The position numbers were made by a program, and so were the translations under genes. Below the pieces are notes generated by a model that worked only from the letters and a program-made list of their open reading frames with translations, did not search any database and was not told where the DNA came from. DNA of 60,962 bases, the filler included, from Rhabdomonas costata (lineage: Eukaryota): assembly GCA_019059605.1 (NCBI GenBank). It is 15 parts of 15 records of this genome, joined end to end, with 100 filler letters (N's around TTAATTAATTAA, not from the genome) between each part and the next. Parts side by side here need not be neighbours in the genome. Positions count along the whole stretch, not along the records: positions 1 to 3,934 come from JAHMHO010000440.1; positions 4,035 to 7,966 come from JAHMHO010000441.1; positions 8,067 to 11,994 come from JAHMHO010000442.1; positions 12,095 to 16,607 come from JAHMHO010000444.1; 11 more parts are not named here. One strand, written 5' to 3'. Below are positions 1-12,168 of the stretch, in pieces. Positions within the stretch are counted from its first letter, which is position 1; every line of letters begins with the position of its first letter.

Positions 1-264
1 TGTGTTGGTGTTCCGTTTTACATCAGTATGTAGGTGTTGCCATCTTTGATTTCGTCGGTGCAGCAACCTCGCACGCTGGCACCCCGCGTTTAGGGGCATG
101 CCCTTAATTTCTTGCATTACCTTTCACTTGGATGTTGTGATATGCACAGCCTGTCTTGTTTGACTACCCTTTGTCACGGCACTGCGGCAGCCAACACGGG
201 TGCAACACAGGCGATTGTGTTCAGGGGCGTGTGTGTGTGTGTGGAGTTAAATAAGTAGCACAAC

Positions 265-2225
265 CTGAGAGCACTCCTCCTGTATGCGCTGAAAGCTCTT
301 GATGTGTGCGTACTTCACGAGAATCGGGCTGCCCACGCTGAACAGCTCAACAGCTGTCGCGTAGGCCTCGGAATCCACACACGTTCGAAGCCTCTGAATA
401 AGCGGGCAAGGTCACTAATGCACAAAAGCGCGCACCACAAAGAAGGCAACACCTACATACTGATGTAAAACGGAACACCAACAAAAGAATTGCAAACCAA
501 ACAGTTGTCTGACACTCAGACTATTTTCAGAAATCGGAAAAAGAAAAGAGGTGGGAGTGTTGGGAAAGAAAAAACGAAAGTCAGTGAGTCCACACTGCGT
601 GGGAGGGGAACAAGGGAAGGAGGACGCGTGGTTGCTGTATGCGACAGAATGAGAGAGGCAGCCAGCTCTCAGCATCCCTAAACCACGGGTGTCCAAAGCC
701 GGGCAAGCTTACACCTTGGGAAGCTCCACCAGAAACTGAATCTTCTTCAGCATCCGGTTCACCCCGACCAGCTGCTCCACTTGCCCATGAGTCCCTGAAA
801 AAAAATCGTTGAAAAAATCGTCTAAATCCGTGTGCAAATGAGCGGACCTCCAGCAAAAATTGCAGAAAGAAAAAGCAGCAGTTCCATCATCACGTTCCAA
901 TAACTTGATCTGTCCAGAAAAATATACAGACTTAATCTGAAATTGTTAATTAATCACCCTTTATGCCTTTGTGGACATAATATTCCCTTCCACATTCGAT
1001 AGGGATTTCGCACGACGACTCTGAAATTCTCTACCCGGTTGGTGAAAAAGGAAGGCAAAGGGTTCACCTGAGAGGTTGTCAGTGATCGTGGATGTGCACT
1101 TGGAAATGCTTTCCATGCTTGCAGCAAGCCGACTCATTTCGCCCTGTTGGCAAAATGGGTGCCAAAACGGCTCGAAGGAAATGGTATTCCAGGACACACC
1201 CCATTCCCAAAATAAGGTTTCGATTGGTCCAAAAGTTTCAGCATCCCGAAATTTTACCGACATACCGATTACCGTCACCCCACCCCACCCCACCCCGAAA
1301 CCCCGCACAAAGAACCCAGAAAGGACAATTCAAGAATCAGCACCACAGCAAGAAGTGCCGGTTAGCTGCTTGTGAATCCACCTTCCAAACTATTGTTGTG
1401 ATCGCGACGCTTCCCAACTGGCCACAAGAAGCGGGAAGGAAGGGAAAAGCACGGCAGCGCAACGGACCTCCATGCTCTCCAGATTCTGCTTCATCAGCCG
1501 AATGGTATCGGTGGCACTGATGAACCGGTTGTAATTCTCATACACCAGCATCTGAAGGTCACTATCTGGGAAACAGCAAGAAAAGCATGGCTAAAAAAGG
1601 ACAAAGGACGATGACAACCCAGAAGTACTCTCTGGATTCTATTCACAGAAAACACAAACAAACGTACAAAGAGAGTGAGAGCGAAGAGAGGAGAGGTCTC
1701 ATGAGCAAAGTCCAAAGGAGAAAATGAGTGGGCTGAAGGGTGAATCCAAGACACCTAGGGCCTTGGACTCGCTAACCAGCTGGTTGTCGTGACGAAGGAT
1801 CTCCTCCAGGGTCTTCTCCTTAACAATCTTGGCAAGGTATTTGGAGGCGTTGAAATGCGGGGTGTCTAGGTTCAGGTCATCGATAATCGCGGACCCTTCC
1901 CCGGCAGAACGCCCCTCGCCCAGCCCGTAGTACGACGAGAGAAGATCCCGCACCCGGCTGCGGTAACGCATAAAGCTACAGCGGTGGTAACAGATGATAT
2001 GCTGCGCCAGGTTTTGGAAAAAACAACACATACTGATATGAAGTTTCCTTATTCTCGATAGCTTCCACACCACCCAAGAAAAAGAAAAGCGACAGCAGCG
2101 TTGTTAATGCATCGAACAAGACGAAGAGAAATAAAAATGTAGCAGGGTAGCCACCTCCGGGTTTTCTTTCTTTTGTTCTGATCATCGTCATCCCCGTCTG
2201 CACAAGACAGTGCTCGTTCCGACAT
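265..2225 (-). CDS. VPS51: Vps51/Ang2 (GARP/EARP tethering subunit), 5' part; runs off the contig
   Basis: Phase-compatible GT-AG exons 2225-2155, 1957-1755, 1565-1468, 1143-1068, 794-715, 393-265. They translate to ...[11 protein letters not shown]...[15 protein letters not shown]...[31 protein letters not shown]...[23 protein letters not shown]...SFQRIQEEC. [16 protein letters not shown] is the Vps51 signature. Confidence 0.95.
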
Positions 2226-3934
2226 TATGAGATGAGGAAGAGAAAAAGCTCTGCTGGCACGAGTCAACTTAAAGACACCCAAGCGAATACATGAATCAAC
2301 TTTCCAAAGTAACCTGGAGGCTGATAGAATGAAAATCTCACAAATTTACCGCCAAGCACTCTGAAAAGATTTGAAACTCAAATTATTGGGAAGGACCAGG
2401 TGAACAGCAGCAATATTTTGGGACGATATTTCCTTTAGGACACGGGAGGTCAGAAGAGTCTTTCAACCAACATCTTGTGGCGGGCAGGAGGGGGGTAGGG
2501 CATGACAAAGTTGAAAGTAAGAACATAAACGGCCGATCTGTGTTTTCAACAATTCAACAGTTTTCAACAATAGCAATCGCAATACAAACGCAGAATTTGG
2601 TTGCTGCCATCATAGGAGGTTGATGACTCACCGCGGACGTTCGTGAACCCCGCTCCATCTCCCGTTTCTGGAGTAACACTGGAGCAGCGGCATCCTGTCC
2701 ACTTCCTCTTCCGCTGCTCCCTTTTCTCCTCCTTTCCAAATGGGATGGACCCACCGCCAAAGTATTTATGCTGGATCAGAGCAAATAATGGATCCTGCAT
2801 CATGGCAGTACGAGGGCACCACCAGGTGGTTCCCTGCTTCCTAAAGTAAAGCGGTTTCAAAAGAGAAAATAAACTTCATAAATTTCATGTTTTTCAAGTT
2901 TTCAAGTGAAAAATTTCATTGAAAAATATGAAAAATAGGTTTGAAGTCTAAACCGGATGGCCCCAGATGAATTTTCGCACATGCCTGACTACGGAGGTAT
3001 CTGCTGTTACACCAAAAACAGCTTCGCGAGACAGTCATCTATCACGAACAGCATGCAAGCCGGCAGTTTGAGTCGTGAGTGAAGACAGCGCACCAGCTGC
3101 TCTTGTTTGAGAAGCAAATGGGATGCCATTCAGCGAATCTCGGTGAGCACTGCGCCACATCAGAAGGAAGGCCGTGCCCAGGCTGCCCAACATAAAGCCG
3201 ACGATAACACTGAAAGAACAGACAGGTCATAGAAGCAGTAAAATGGCAAAACCCACCTCACCACAAGAGGGAGCAAAGGTCGGTTTCCAATTATTCTGAA
3301 TTTTCTTGGCGTCATTTTTAAAAATGTTTTCTGTCCCTCTTCACTTTCTTGGGCTTAATTTTTTTCACTGTGCCTTTGCCAACACCACCCCAAAGACTTT
3401 GAACAAAGAACGTAAAATTTTTGAACAACATGTTTCTGGTGCTGATGGTTTGAAGCCAAGCTCTAATTGACGTCTGCTCATGAGTTGGTGCCAGTTCAGC
3501 CACAAACCACCAAGTATACAAATACACAACACTAAAAGGACCACAATTTCCACCCAACACCCATTTCAATGGGAGGTGCATTTCACCCTCAGAGGGGAAA
3601 AAATGGATTGTAGCTGAAAAACACACAAAAGTACCATTCAACGATGGCAGGCATTAAGTCGCAATGCTCCAGCAATCCTTCTTCAGGGGGCCATTTGCCA
3701 TCGTTTTGGGTTGGAACTAACTTTCCGCGGGCAGGAGGAACACCTGCGCCCTTGGAAGCGCAAGCCCAAAAACCTTCCAGGACAGTACCGAATTCAGCCA
3801 GGCCGCAGAGGGAAAGGTGCTGAGCCCCTGTTCCAGTCACTGGAAAAAACAACAATAACAAAAAACCAACTTTCTTTAATGTTCGGTCCTTTCACCTCGC
3901 CTGACACGAGTGGAAAGAGAACGGAGCAAACACA

Positions 3935-4034
3935 NNNNNNNNNNNNNNNNNNNNNNNNNNNNNNNNNNNNNNNNNNNNTTAATTAATTAANNNNNNNNNN
4001 NNNNNNNNNNNNNNNNNNNNNNNNNNNNNNNNNN
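3935..4034. other. Artificial contig-joining linker N44-TTAATTAATTAA-N44 (first of 14)
   Basis: Identical 100-nt spacers with six-frame stops at 3935, 7967, 11995, 16608, 20782, 24799, 28812, 32907, 36922, 40931, 44938, 48950, 52955 and 56963. A separate 86-N scaffold gap lies at 30921-31006. Confidence 0.98.
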
Positions 4035-4040
4035 GGGTGG

Positions 4041-4467
4041 GGGGTGAATGTCTCCCATCAATTGTCAGCGTCTCTGCAAGTTGTGCAAATTAGAATACTG
4101 GTGTTGCCGAGGGAAACCCATTCGCACCGACAAAGTGGAGGGGCACCTGAGCGAGGGTGCTACTCCTTCGTTTCAAAACGGAAGTTCCCCGCGGTATGGC
4201 AGAAAGGAAAGCTCTGGAGAGCAGCATCTTCACACCCTACCACTCCAACCCACAACCACACAGAGAGAGAAATACCACTAGAAGAAATGAAAACTGCTCA
4301 CTTCAAACCATTTTAAACCAATCGAAACCAAAGTAGAGGAAATCATAAACATGGTTCGCCGCAATATTTATGTCATAAATAGTTCTACGCAAGCCCAGAG
4401 GCAACACCAGTATTCTAATTTGCACAACTTGCAGAGACGCTGACAATTGATGGGAGACATTCACCCC
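4041..4467. repeat. Perfect 68-bp inverted repeat at a contig start (fold-back)
   Basis: 4041-4108 (GGGGTGAATG...GTGTTGCC) is the exact reverse complement of 4400-4467, with a 291-nt spacer. Confidence 0.95.
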
Positions 4468-5504
4468 GAATTCAGCCCAAACGAAACCACCTGCAGAGTT
4501 TGAGAAGCATTATCCCCGGTCAGAATCACACAGTCAGAAACCGGATAGAATCAAACGGTAAAACAATAGCAGAATCGTTTTGTGACTGTTGAAGGCCACA
4601 AATGCATTCAGGTGCGTATCCAAAGCAGACGTGATTTCAGGAGGAGGAGGACAATTGCGGACAGTGAACGTTGAAGGCCAGCAACAGCTGAAGACCTTTA
4701 CTAAAGATGTCCAGCATCCGGTGTCTTGAAAACACCCGCACACAAACACAAGTGCGAAATTCAAACGATAAGAGCTCTCGCTCTTAAAAAAAAATCACAG
4801 GCTGCAGAACATAAAGTGAGAGTGAGGGTGTGTAAGTATCACGAAGGACACACGCTGAGAAAGCGCAGACAGAGACAGCTCTGTGTCCCGATCAAAGATC
4901 GAGATGGCTGTACGGAACTGCGTTAATTCAAAACCGTCCGCCGATCTTTCCCCCAAAGCTGAACAAACACAACCCAAGGAGTCAATGCCAGTGGAAAGAG
5001 AGAATATCATGGAGAAGAACCCAGCACTGCTGACAAACTGCTGACTCGGTTCACCCAAACGACATGGATGGGTATTGTTGACTGATGTACTATTGCTGTG
5101 TCATATTGTGCACATATGAGAAAAAGTACAACTGCCAAAAACACGCAGCTCAGTCATCTCTGTCCCAAAGCCTTCACGGGCATTCCGACAATCAGTACCC
5201 ACGCCAATGACAGCGCGGCACCGACCAAAGGCCGGGGCGACTGTTCCTTGAGGCGTCAGTTCATTTCCAAACGAAAACAATGAACTGGTATGAACCCAAG
5301 TGGAAACCCAAGTGAAGAGGCCCTGAGGGCCCCAAAAAGGCATTACCGAGCGACAAACTACTTCCTTGTTCTTTATGTGCACACACACGTAAAGTACAGC
5401 ACGCTGTTTCGGCAAATACTTATCAGCTCCTTGGTCTATTTGGTATTTATCTCGAAGGTTGCCAGCGTAAAGTATGATTCGCAGTGCCATATGCATTCTT
5501 TTGT

Positions 5505-5840
5505 TCACTGCTTAATCCGCTTCCATCCGCCCAACTTCTGCCCGCAGCTGCTGCAGCTGTGGGTGGCTTCCGTGGGGTTCTGGCGCAGCCAGTCCAGCAC
5601 GCGGAAAATGCTCAGGCGAGCTTCCATCTCGCTAAGCTTCACCTTGGTCTTTCCAAAGCGTCCACAGAACGGGCACCCCACAAATACAGGGGACTTCGGG
5701 AATATATTGTGGTGAGCCGCTGCCTTGGTCTCCACCAAAGAGTGCAACGCAGTGGTGGGCTTTACGAGAGGCTGCGGGTGAGGAGTCGGGGCGGGAAAGG
5801 GGATGCTGGCACCGTTGGAGAAGGGCACGACCCGTGCCAT
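5505..5840 (-). CDS. LITAF-like zinc-ribbon protein, 111 aa, intronless
   Basis: Pro-rich N-terminus followed by SPVFVGCPFCGRFGKTKV...EATHSCSSCGQKLG, the CxxC...HxCxxC..LG pattern of LITAF domains. A pyrimidine tract lies just upstream of the ATG. Confidence 0.7.
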   Translation of the reverse strand: MARVVPFSNGASIPFPAPTPHPQPLVKPTTALHSLVETKAAAHHNIFPKSPVFVGCPFCGRFGKTKVKLSEMEARLSIFRVLDWLRQNPTEATHSCSSCGQKLGGWKRIKQ

Positions 5841-6564
5841 TGTGCGGGGGAAGCAAAAGCCGAAAAAGAATAAAGAACAGACTGAGCACCCACAAATGGG
5901 AAATCAGAATCTTAGGACTCAGAAGGGCAGGGGCACGGAAGTGGACTCTGCTCAGGGAACCTGCCCAAGCTGAATAATTCCCTATCCATAGGAAAAGTCT
6001 ACAAAAACTAAAGAGAATCTTTCTTTTCAAAGCCGTGAATAAGGCTAATACTTTGCAGTAAATCAACTCTCTGATGTCACATTTCATTTCAAGCTCACGC
6101 TACGACAGGTGTTCGGTGGAGGCATCTCTTCCCAGCTTTCCTGCTATATTTTTTCTTTAGGAAGATTTCGGGAAAACAGGCGGAATCCATGAGGATGTAA
6201 TAGCAAAGGAACCCTAACAACAACCACACAAGAAATGTCTTCCATCCGGTAGCATTACTCACGGTTGCATGTGCCAAATATTTTCGCGCCTTCGGTGCGC
6301 ACTTGCTCGAAAATGCAAATGGCACTGAGTGTCGCGGGGCCAATCAGCTTGCCGATGACGATGGGGATAAGGTTCGAGAAGAGCGAATGCGCCATTTTCA
6401 ATTGAGATTAAGAAGAATAGAGCATAATTGCGCAAATCCATCCTGTCACTTGTAAAATTGTACAGCATTGCTTTAAACCGAGTCATCTCATTCCACACCA
6501 CCTTCAAGGAAGAAATTTGGCGCACCCAGAGGTCAGCAGCAGAAAATATTGGTAGAAAATCGGC

Positions 6565-7723
6565 TCACATGCACGAGTCACAGCCACCCAGAATATCCAG
6601 CCCTGCTGGCTCGTCACCAGTAATGTAAAACCAAAACGCCACACTCAGCGCATTCAGAATGAGAGCTACTACAACCAACGCGCCAACGGTAAACACAGGC
6701 AGTGCGTATAGAGTCATCAGAGCGGTGGATACCGCAAGCCCGGTGCCGTGAACGAAGGGGCGCAGCTCAACCTCTTCGCAGGTGAAGCCCGCGCCCCGGA
6801 GGTGGGCATCGATCCGCGGCAGATGCAGGGAACCCCAGCACACAGTGAGTCGTTCTGCACCCAGCGATCAACAAATAGAGCCATGAGCAAGCAAACAAAA
6901 AAACATAGGATTGTAGAGACACTTCTGAAATGTCAGAAATGCTGAGAACCCATTTGTCCACAGAAAATTGTCCACATACTCCATAAATGATATCGTCTTA
7001 CTGTAAGAGGTGCAGGTGGCCCGTTTATTTTCACATCGGTGCACCAGAGGACATATATTTGTTAATAATACGTTCGAAACTACTATGTGTAAAAAAACAC
7101 TTTGCGCAGAAGAGGTGCTGCTCACAATGTCAAAAAGGAAAAGTAGCAGAATTACCGCAAAGCTAGCGTGTTGTGCAATTCTCATTAACGGACGACGCAA
7201 AACAAATAGCATTGAAGATATCGTGACTAAAAAAAAGACACGTGTTCTCAATAATACACAGAAGAACAAAATGACGTTAGCCTTGGATATTTGAATTTTC
7301 CCCGGCAAATTGAAGTTACCTTGGCCCACTTCACACTGAAAGTGAGAATTTTTGAGACCCCATCAGGAAGCGCGTGAAGCAACTATGCACCAAAGCAAAG
7401 TGGCGAACAGATGTCCCATTTCAGTGAAATTTTTCGTTTTTTCTCTATTTTTCGCTATTAAGTCCGAGAAGGTCGCTTTTCAGCAAAATTTCTCAGTTCT
7501 CAGTTTTTAAGTGAAGTGGACAAAACACAGAAGAGGAAAAAATGTGCTTTGACCCACCCCTCAAACCTGTGCGCACGGCGGGTGCCTCGGAGAGGCTGCG
7601 GTGTAGAAGCCTCAGAAGGTGGTTCTCTCGGTCGTACTTCCACCAGTACAGCAGAACGACAGGTCCGAAGAGGTGCGCACTGAGGGCAAACGCCAGCAGA
7701 CCAATCAGCAGGGCAACATCCAT
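6565..7723 (-). CDS. Small multi-pass membrane protein, 2 exons, unknown function
   Basis: Exons 7723-7567 and 6854-6565 join in phase 1 (GT-AG): MDVALLIGLLAFALSAHLFGPVVLLYWW...RT/ERLTVCWG...LAVSTALMTLYALPVFTVGALVVVALILNALSVAFWFYI. About three hydrophobic segments. Confidence 0.6.
7326..7519. mobile_element. Possible MITE-like intronic element with imperfect 23-bp terminal inverted repeats
   Basis: CCACTTCACACTGAAAGTGAGAA (7326-7348) matches the reverse complement of 7497-7519 at 18/23. AT-rich and non-coding; no clear target-site duplication. Confidence 0.3.
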
Positions 7724-8727
7724 GTCTCGGTCAGCCTTCACAACAGGTAGCCCTGAAAAAAACAGGTGCCGAAAGAAGAACTCGCTGTAGTAGTTTCGCG
7801 CGCCTTGGTTTCTTCCAGCACCTGCTCGAGCAAGAGCGACAATCCAGCAATGCTGTGATTCCAAAAGGTTTTGGGCCGGACTGTGTCACTAACCTCACAC
7901 AAGCCCAATCTCATCTCCACTCCTGAAACCCGTTGTTGACTCACTAAAACTAAATGACAAAACAACNNNNNNNNNNNNNNNNNNNNNNNNNNNNNNNNNN
8001 NNNNNNNNNNTTAATTAATTAANNNNNNNNNNNNNNNNNNNNNNNNNNNNNNNNNNNNNNNNNNNNTGTGGGTTGTGGAGGGGCACGTGCAGGAGGCGGT
8101 TCTCAAGGAGCTGACTGAGATGGTCTGCGGATGAGGGCGTTTCTGGATGTTTTACATGAAGCAGCTCTTTTCCTTGTCCATCTGTTTCCTGCAATTACGT
8201 GTGTACGCGACACGTCACGCGTTACACGTTAATTTGCCTCTATATGAATGTTTAGCTCTCTTCCTCTGCGCTTTGTTGGGTTGCGGGATTGGAGCATGCC
8301 ATTGCGTGTTTGCGTATGGTGGTTTCTGACCTTTGCTCGAACTGCAGCATGGAGGGCTGTGAACCGTATTTGCGGGTGAGTCAGCAGTTGCACTGCTGCG
8401 GCTCTGTGCGATGCTCATCGGTTCTCAAGAGTACTTTTCCAGTTACTTCCTCTCATTCCCTCCTCACCTCTGACCTTCGCTGACTTATGGTCGCACCTTT
8501 TTGGTGCTGGTGGTGCCGTCGGTATGGAAAGGTGGTGGCGCCTCTCCATCCTGTATTTTTCTGCCATCCCTGTCTCTGCTTTTCTCCATTTCTCCTGAGA
8601 GAAATGATACTTCCAGTCAAAGCTAGCGTGGGATACCACTCCACAACAACAACCGTCTGATGCAGACACCAAACACAAGTTCCCCACCGCGGAGCAGAAA
8701 AAGAACGCTTGCTGCAATACTGTTCAG

Positions 8728-9173
8728 ACGGAGCGAGGAGAGACCTTGGAGGACGCTCTGGAGGACCTCGCGCACCGCTACCGAGCCGCGAAGGTGCGCG
8801 AGACCTCCCGGAACACCCGGCAATGGGTCAGCGTGCTCAGCCCAACCACCGCTGCAATCTCTCCCTTCCCTCCCCTGCCCGGGCTTCCGGAGGCCGGGGT
8901 GCCCCGTCCGCCCCTGGAAGAAGAAGTGAGTGGGGTTGGGCCCCTGCTGTCTCCCACGGTCACATCCCCAACCAGCTCGGCCCCTGCCGGGGCTTCCTTT
9001 ATGGACCCCTCGGTGTGGTTCACGGAGGAGAGCATGGAGGAAGCCTCGGTGGCCCTATTATCGCCTCAACAGCCTCTCACTCCGATCTCGGGCAGCAGCA
9101 GCACGGGGGGCGTGGACGGGTTCCGTAGCGAAGGCACTGCGGCTGTATTATCGCAGGCCGCCAGCGCTCTCAG
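8728..9173 (+). CDS. Internal exon of a hypothetical Pro/Ser-rich protein
   Basis: GC-rich open exon bounded by ttcag| and AG|gt: TERGETLEDALEDLAHRYRAAKVRE...FMDPSVWFTEESMEEASVALL. No recognisable domain. Confidence 0.55.
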
Positions 9174-10253
9174 GTTGTGGTCGTCGTTTCCTTGTGTTCA
9201 ACCATGCGAGGGTGAATGGAAGTGGACAGCAAGCCTTTCCTGGTTTTGCAAAGAAACTGTTGCGGTACAATGTTCTCAATGTCGGAAAATGATTTTCCAA
9301 AACAGAAAAATTGGGCTTTTTCGTCGCTGAGAGAAAACCGCACTGCTCTGTTTGTTTTTCATTTACTCTTTCAAATACTCTGAAGGGCGTCCAGAATAAC
9401 AACTCAACACCTTTGCGGATGCATACACACAAATATGGCTTCTCTCCAAGGAAGGAAGGGCTTGCAGGTAGGTCAACATTTGTGTCGCTATGGGCGTTGG
9501 GATTGGAGTGTAAAATTTGCTTGGCTTGTAACGGGTGAGTCCCGACGGGGCCATGCCCCATCGATGGCGAGTCTAGTTTCCCGGGAAACAATCTTTCCGT
9601 TCCCTTCCGCACCGCACATCCCCGCCTCCTGCTCTTTCCCCCCTGTGCTACTTCACCCTTGTGCTTTCGCGCCAATGTTGCTGTCACAATCGTACAATCC
9701 CGTGTCCTGCATCCAACATCCAACCGTGCGGACTTTGAAAACATCTGTTCATCTTTAGCAAAAAAAAAACCTTTCCAATGCACCATCACTGCTTGGCTGA
9801 GTGCACAAAAGGGCATCTCACAGCAAAACTGCCCCATTCCGCGACATCTTTGAGGCTGCATTTTGAAGCTGGAAAGCACTCTCTACCTCATCACAACAGC
9901 CGAACATCGCTCTTGCACAGTGGGGCTAACACGATACCAAGCCTCTGCTCAATGGCAAGACAGCAAACGAGTTCACAGGGCAGAAGCTTTGTTTGCTGAC
10001 AGGAGCAAAGCTCTCCACTCTCTTTTGAAGCCCACTTGAACAATGGGCATGGCAGCTGCTTGGGTTCATTGGAAATTGAGGTGGGGGCGGTCGCCGTGTC
10101 CATTTTCCGTCAAGACATTAAGACATTCTGGGTTCGTTACTTCTGCGTCTCATGAATTCTTCTTTTTGACATTTTGGGGGTCTTTTAGCACACCTAGATA
10201 TCCTCGTACGCGGGCCTCCAATCATCAGGGGTCGCCGTTAGGACCACTTCGGC

Positions 10254-11965
10254 TTAACCCTTCACCCTATTGACTGGGTGGCTTCCCAGATGGCCCTCTG
10301 GGACCGGAGCCAGGGACCTGACACGAGTATCATAACTTGAGCGAGACTGGCCAGTTGGCCCATTTTTGGTGGGATGACAGTCCCACCCTTTCCAAAGTTC
10401 CTCCAAGAACCTGAGCTCGCGGACCTCGACCTCTCGCTCGTGGAGCTTCCGCTCCGAGGCGCTGCAGGAAGCCCGCCGCACTTTCGGCCTATGACCACAC
10501 ACACATACACACTTTCATGCTCACCATCTTCCTCATTTGAGCACTGATCCGCACCCAAGCACCCCATGACCTTCCGCATATGCCTGTGACACAGTTCGCT
10601 TCAACCAAAAAACTACACAAACAAACACACCGGTTCGGGTCCCGATCGTCCCTCGCCTTCCTGAGCTCCTCCTCAGCGGTGGCTACCTGCGTCCTACACA
10701 GGAAGGAAAGGAAGCGGCGATAATCATCCAAGCGAGCCCTACCCCCTACCCCCTGAGCATGAGTGGCGCGGAGGGTTCACCAGAAAAGCAGTGGGACACA
10801 TGGCCCACTTCAGTCCTTTATGTCAAACGCCCTGAGCCTCCCCTAATCATGTAGGAACAGCCGAAAGCAAAGCAAAACAAAGCTAAGCAAAGAATAACAA
10901 AGCATGGCATAGCACAGCAAGAGCAATGCAGAGAACACACGCACAAAACAGAAGAAAAAGTTGGGTGGCAGGCAATCAAGACACGGAGAGGAGGGAGAAA
11001 GAGAGAACGAAAACGAGGACCTGACATGTGAAATAACCCAGTGGCAAAAGGGAAGGGTACTCGACAGAGTGTGACCAGAACACGAAGCCGCGCCTGGGTA
11101 AGGCGGGGGGAACGGGACTGCAAGGTGCAAGACTATTTGGCATTTCTCATTTTCAGTTTCTCATGTTTCGGGAGTCCTCGTGTAGGCCACACGGCACTAT
11201 CCTCTTTAGGGGCCATCCATGCCTTTCGGAGACTCCCTTACCACGAGATGGAATCCTCCGCGTTCTCAGCAAGTAAAGGGGTGGTTGTAATCCAAGCTAA
11301 GCTTCGGACGTTTCCAGAATAACCGAAGTTTGCACAGGAGGCCCCTTGTCGGGGCCGATTTATTACTCACAACTGCGACTGCGTCGTTTCCCGGTCCCGT
11401 CAACACCCATCAAGCGCATCTTTTTCAGTCGATTCACGAATGGGTTTGAACAAACCCGCGGAGAGCTTCACCTCCAAATATATCCCACAACAAAAGCAAT
11501 CCGACCCCCCACCTCAGCGCATCCGTCTCGCTTTTCAGCTTGTTGAGGGCAGGAAGGTTGACCTCCCCAGTGCTGCGCAGCACCCCCACCTGCCGAAGCA
11601 TTTCCCTGGGGGAAGGGAGAAGGGGAGGGGGGCAGGCAAAGGAGAGAGCGCCCGCACACTCATGTGAGGCCGCATATATGCATCTTTGACACCAGAACCA
11701 CCAAGAAAATCACCTCCACAACCAAGACCAACGACCATTGCTCGCCGTGAAAAGGGCGCAATTGACGGTGAGTACTGACTGTAGCTCCAAGGCCAGCGGA
11801 GCAAAGGGACTTCGGCTCACCACTTGGGAGCATACCTCTGCCCTTTGAAAGCAACCCAAACCACCCTAGACCTGACCTAGTACCTGAGTTCGTTGAGCTC
11901 CGCGTCTTTCCGGTCCACGATCATGTCCATGGCGAGCTGCTTTTCCAACAGGGCCTGCTCAAATT
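10254..11965 (-). CDS. 3' exons of a hypothetical coiled-coil protein
   Basis: Phase-2 GT-AG exons ~11965-11884 (EQALLEKQLAMDMIVDRKDAELNELR), 10693-10631 (TQVATAEEELRKARDD), 10488-10411 (ERKLHEREVEVRELR) and 10317-10254. Confidence 0.55.
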
Positions 11966-12168
11966 GCTCTCTTTCTTTCTCCCCCCCCCCCACANNNNNN
12001 NNNNNNNNNNNNNNNNNNNNNNNNNNNNNNNNNNNNNNTTAATTAATTAANNNNNNNNNNNNNNNNNNNNNNNNNNNNNNNNNNNNNNNNNNNNCCCCAG
12101 TCCCTTCCTCCCACCTTGGCGCTTACGTTCTGTGTACCCGCTCCTCGTTTTTCTTCTTCCTGCGTGAA

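Noticed and set aside
3935-4034. Regularly spaced TTAATTAATTAA palindromes about every 4 kb
   Set aside because: These are artificial contig linkers embedded in N runs, not a biological repeat or CRISPR array.
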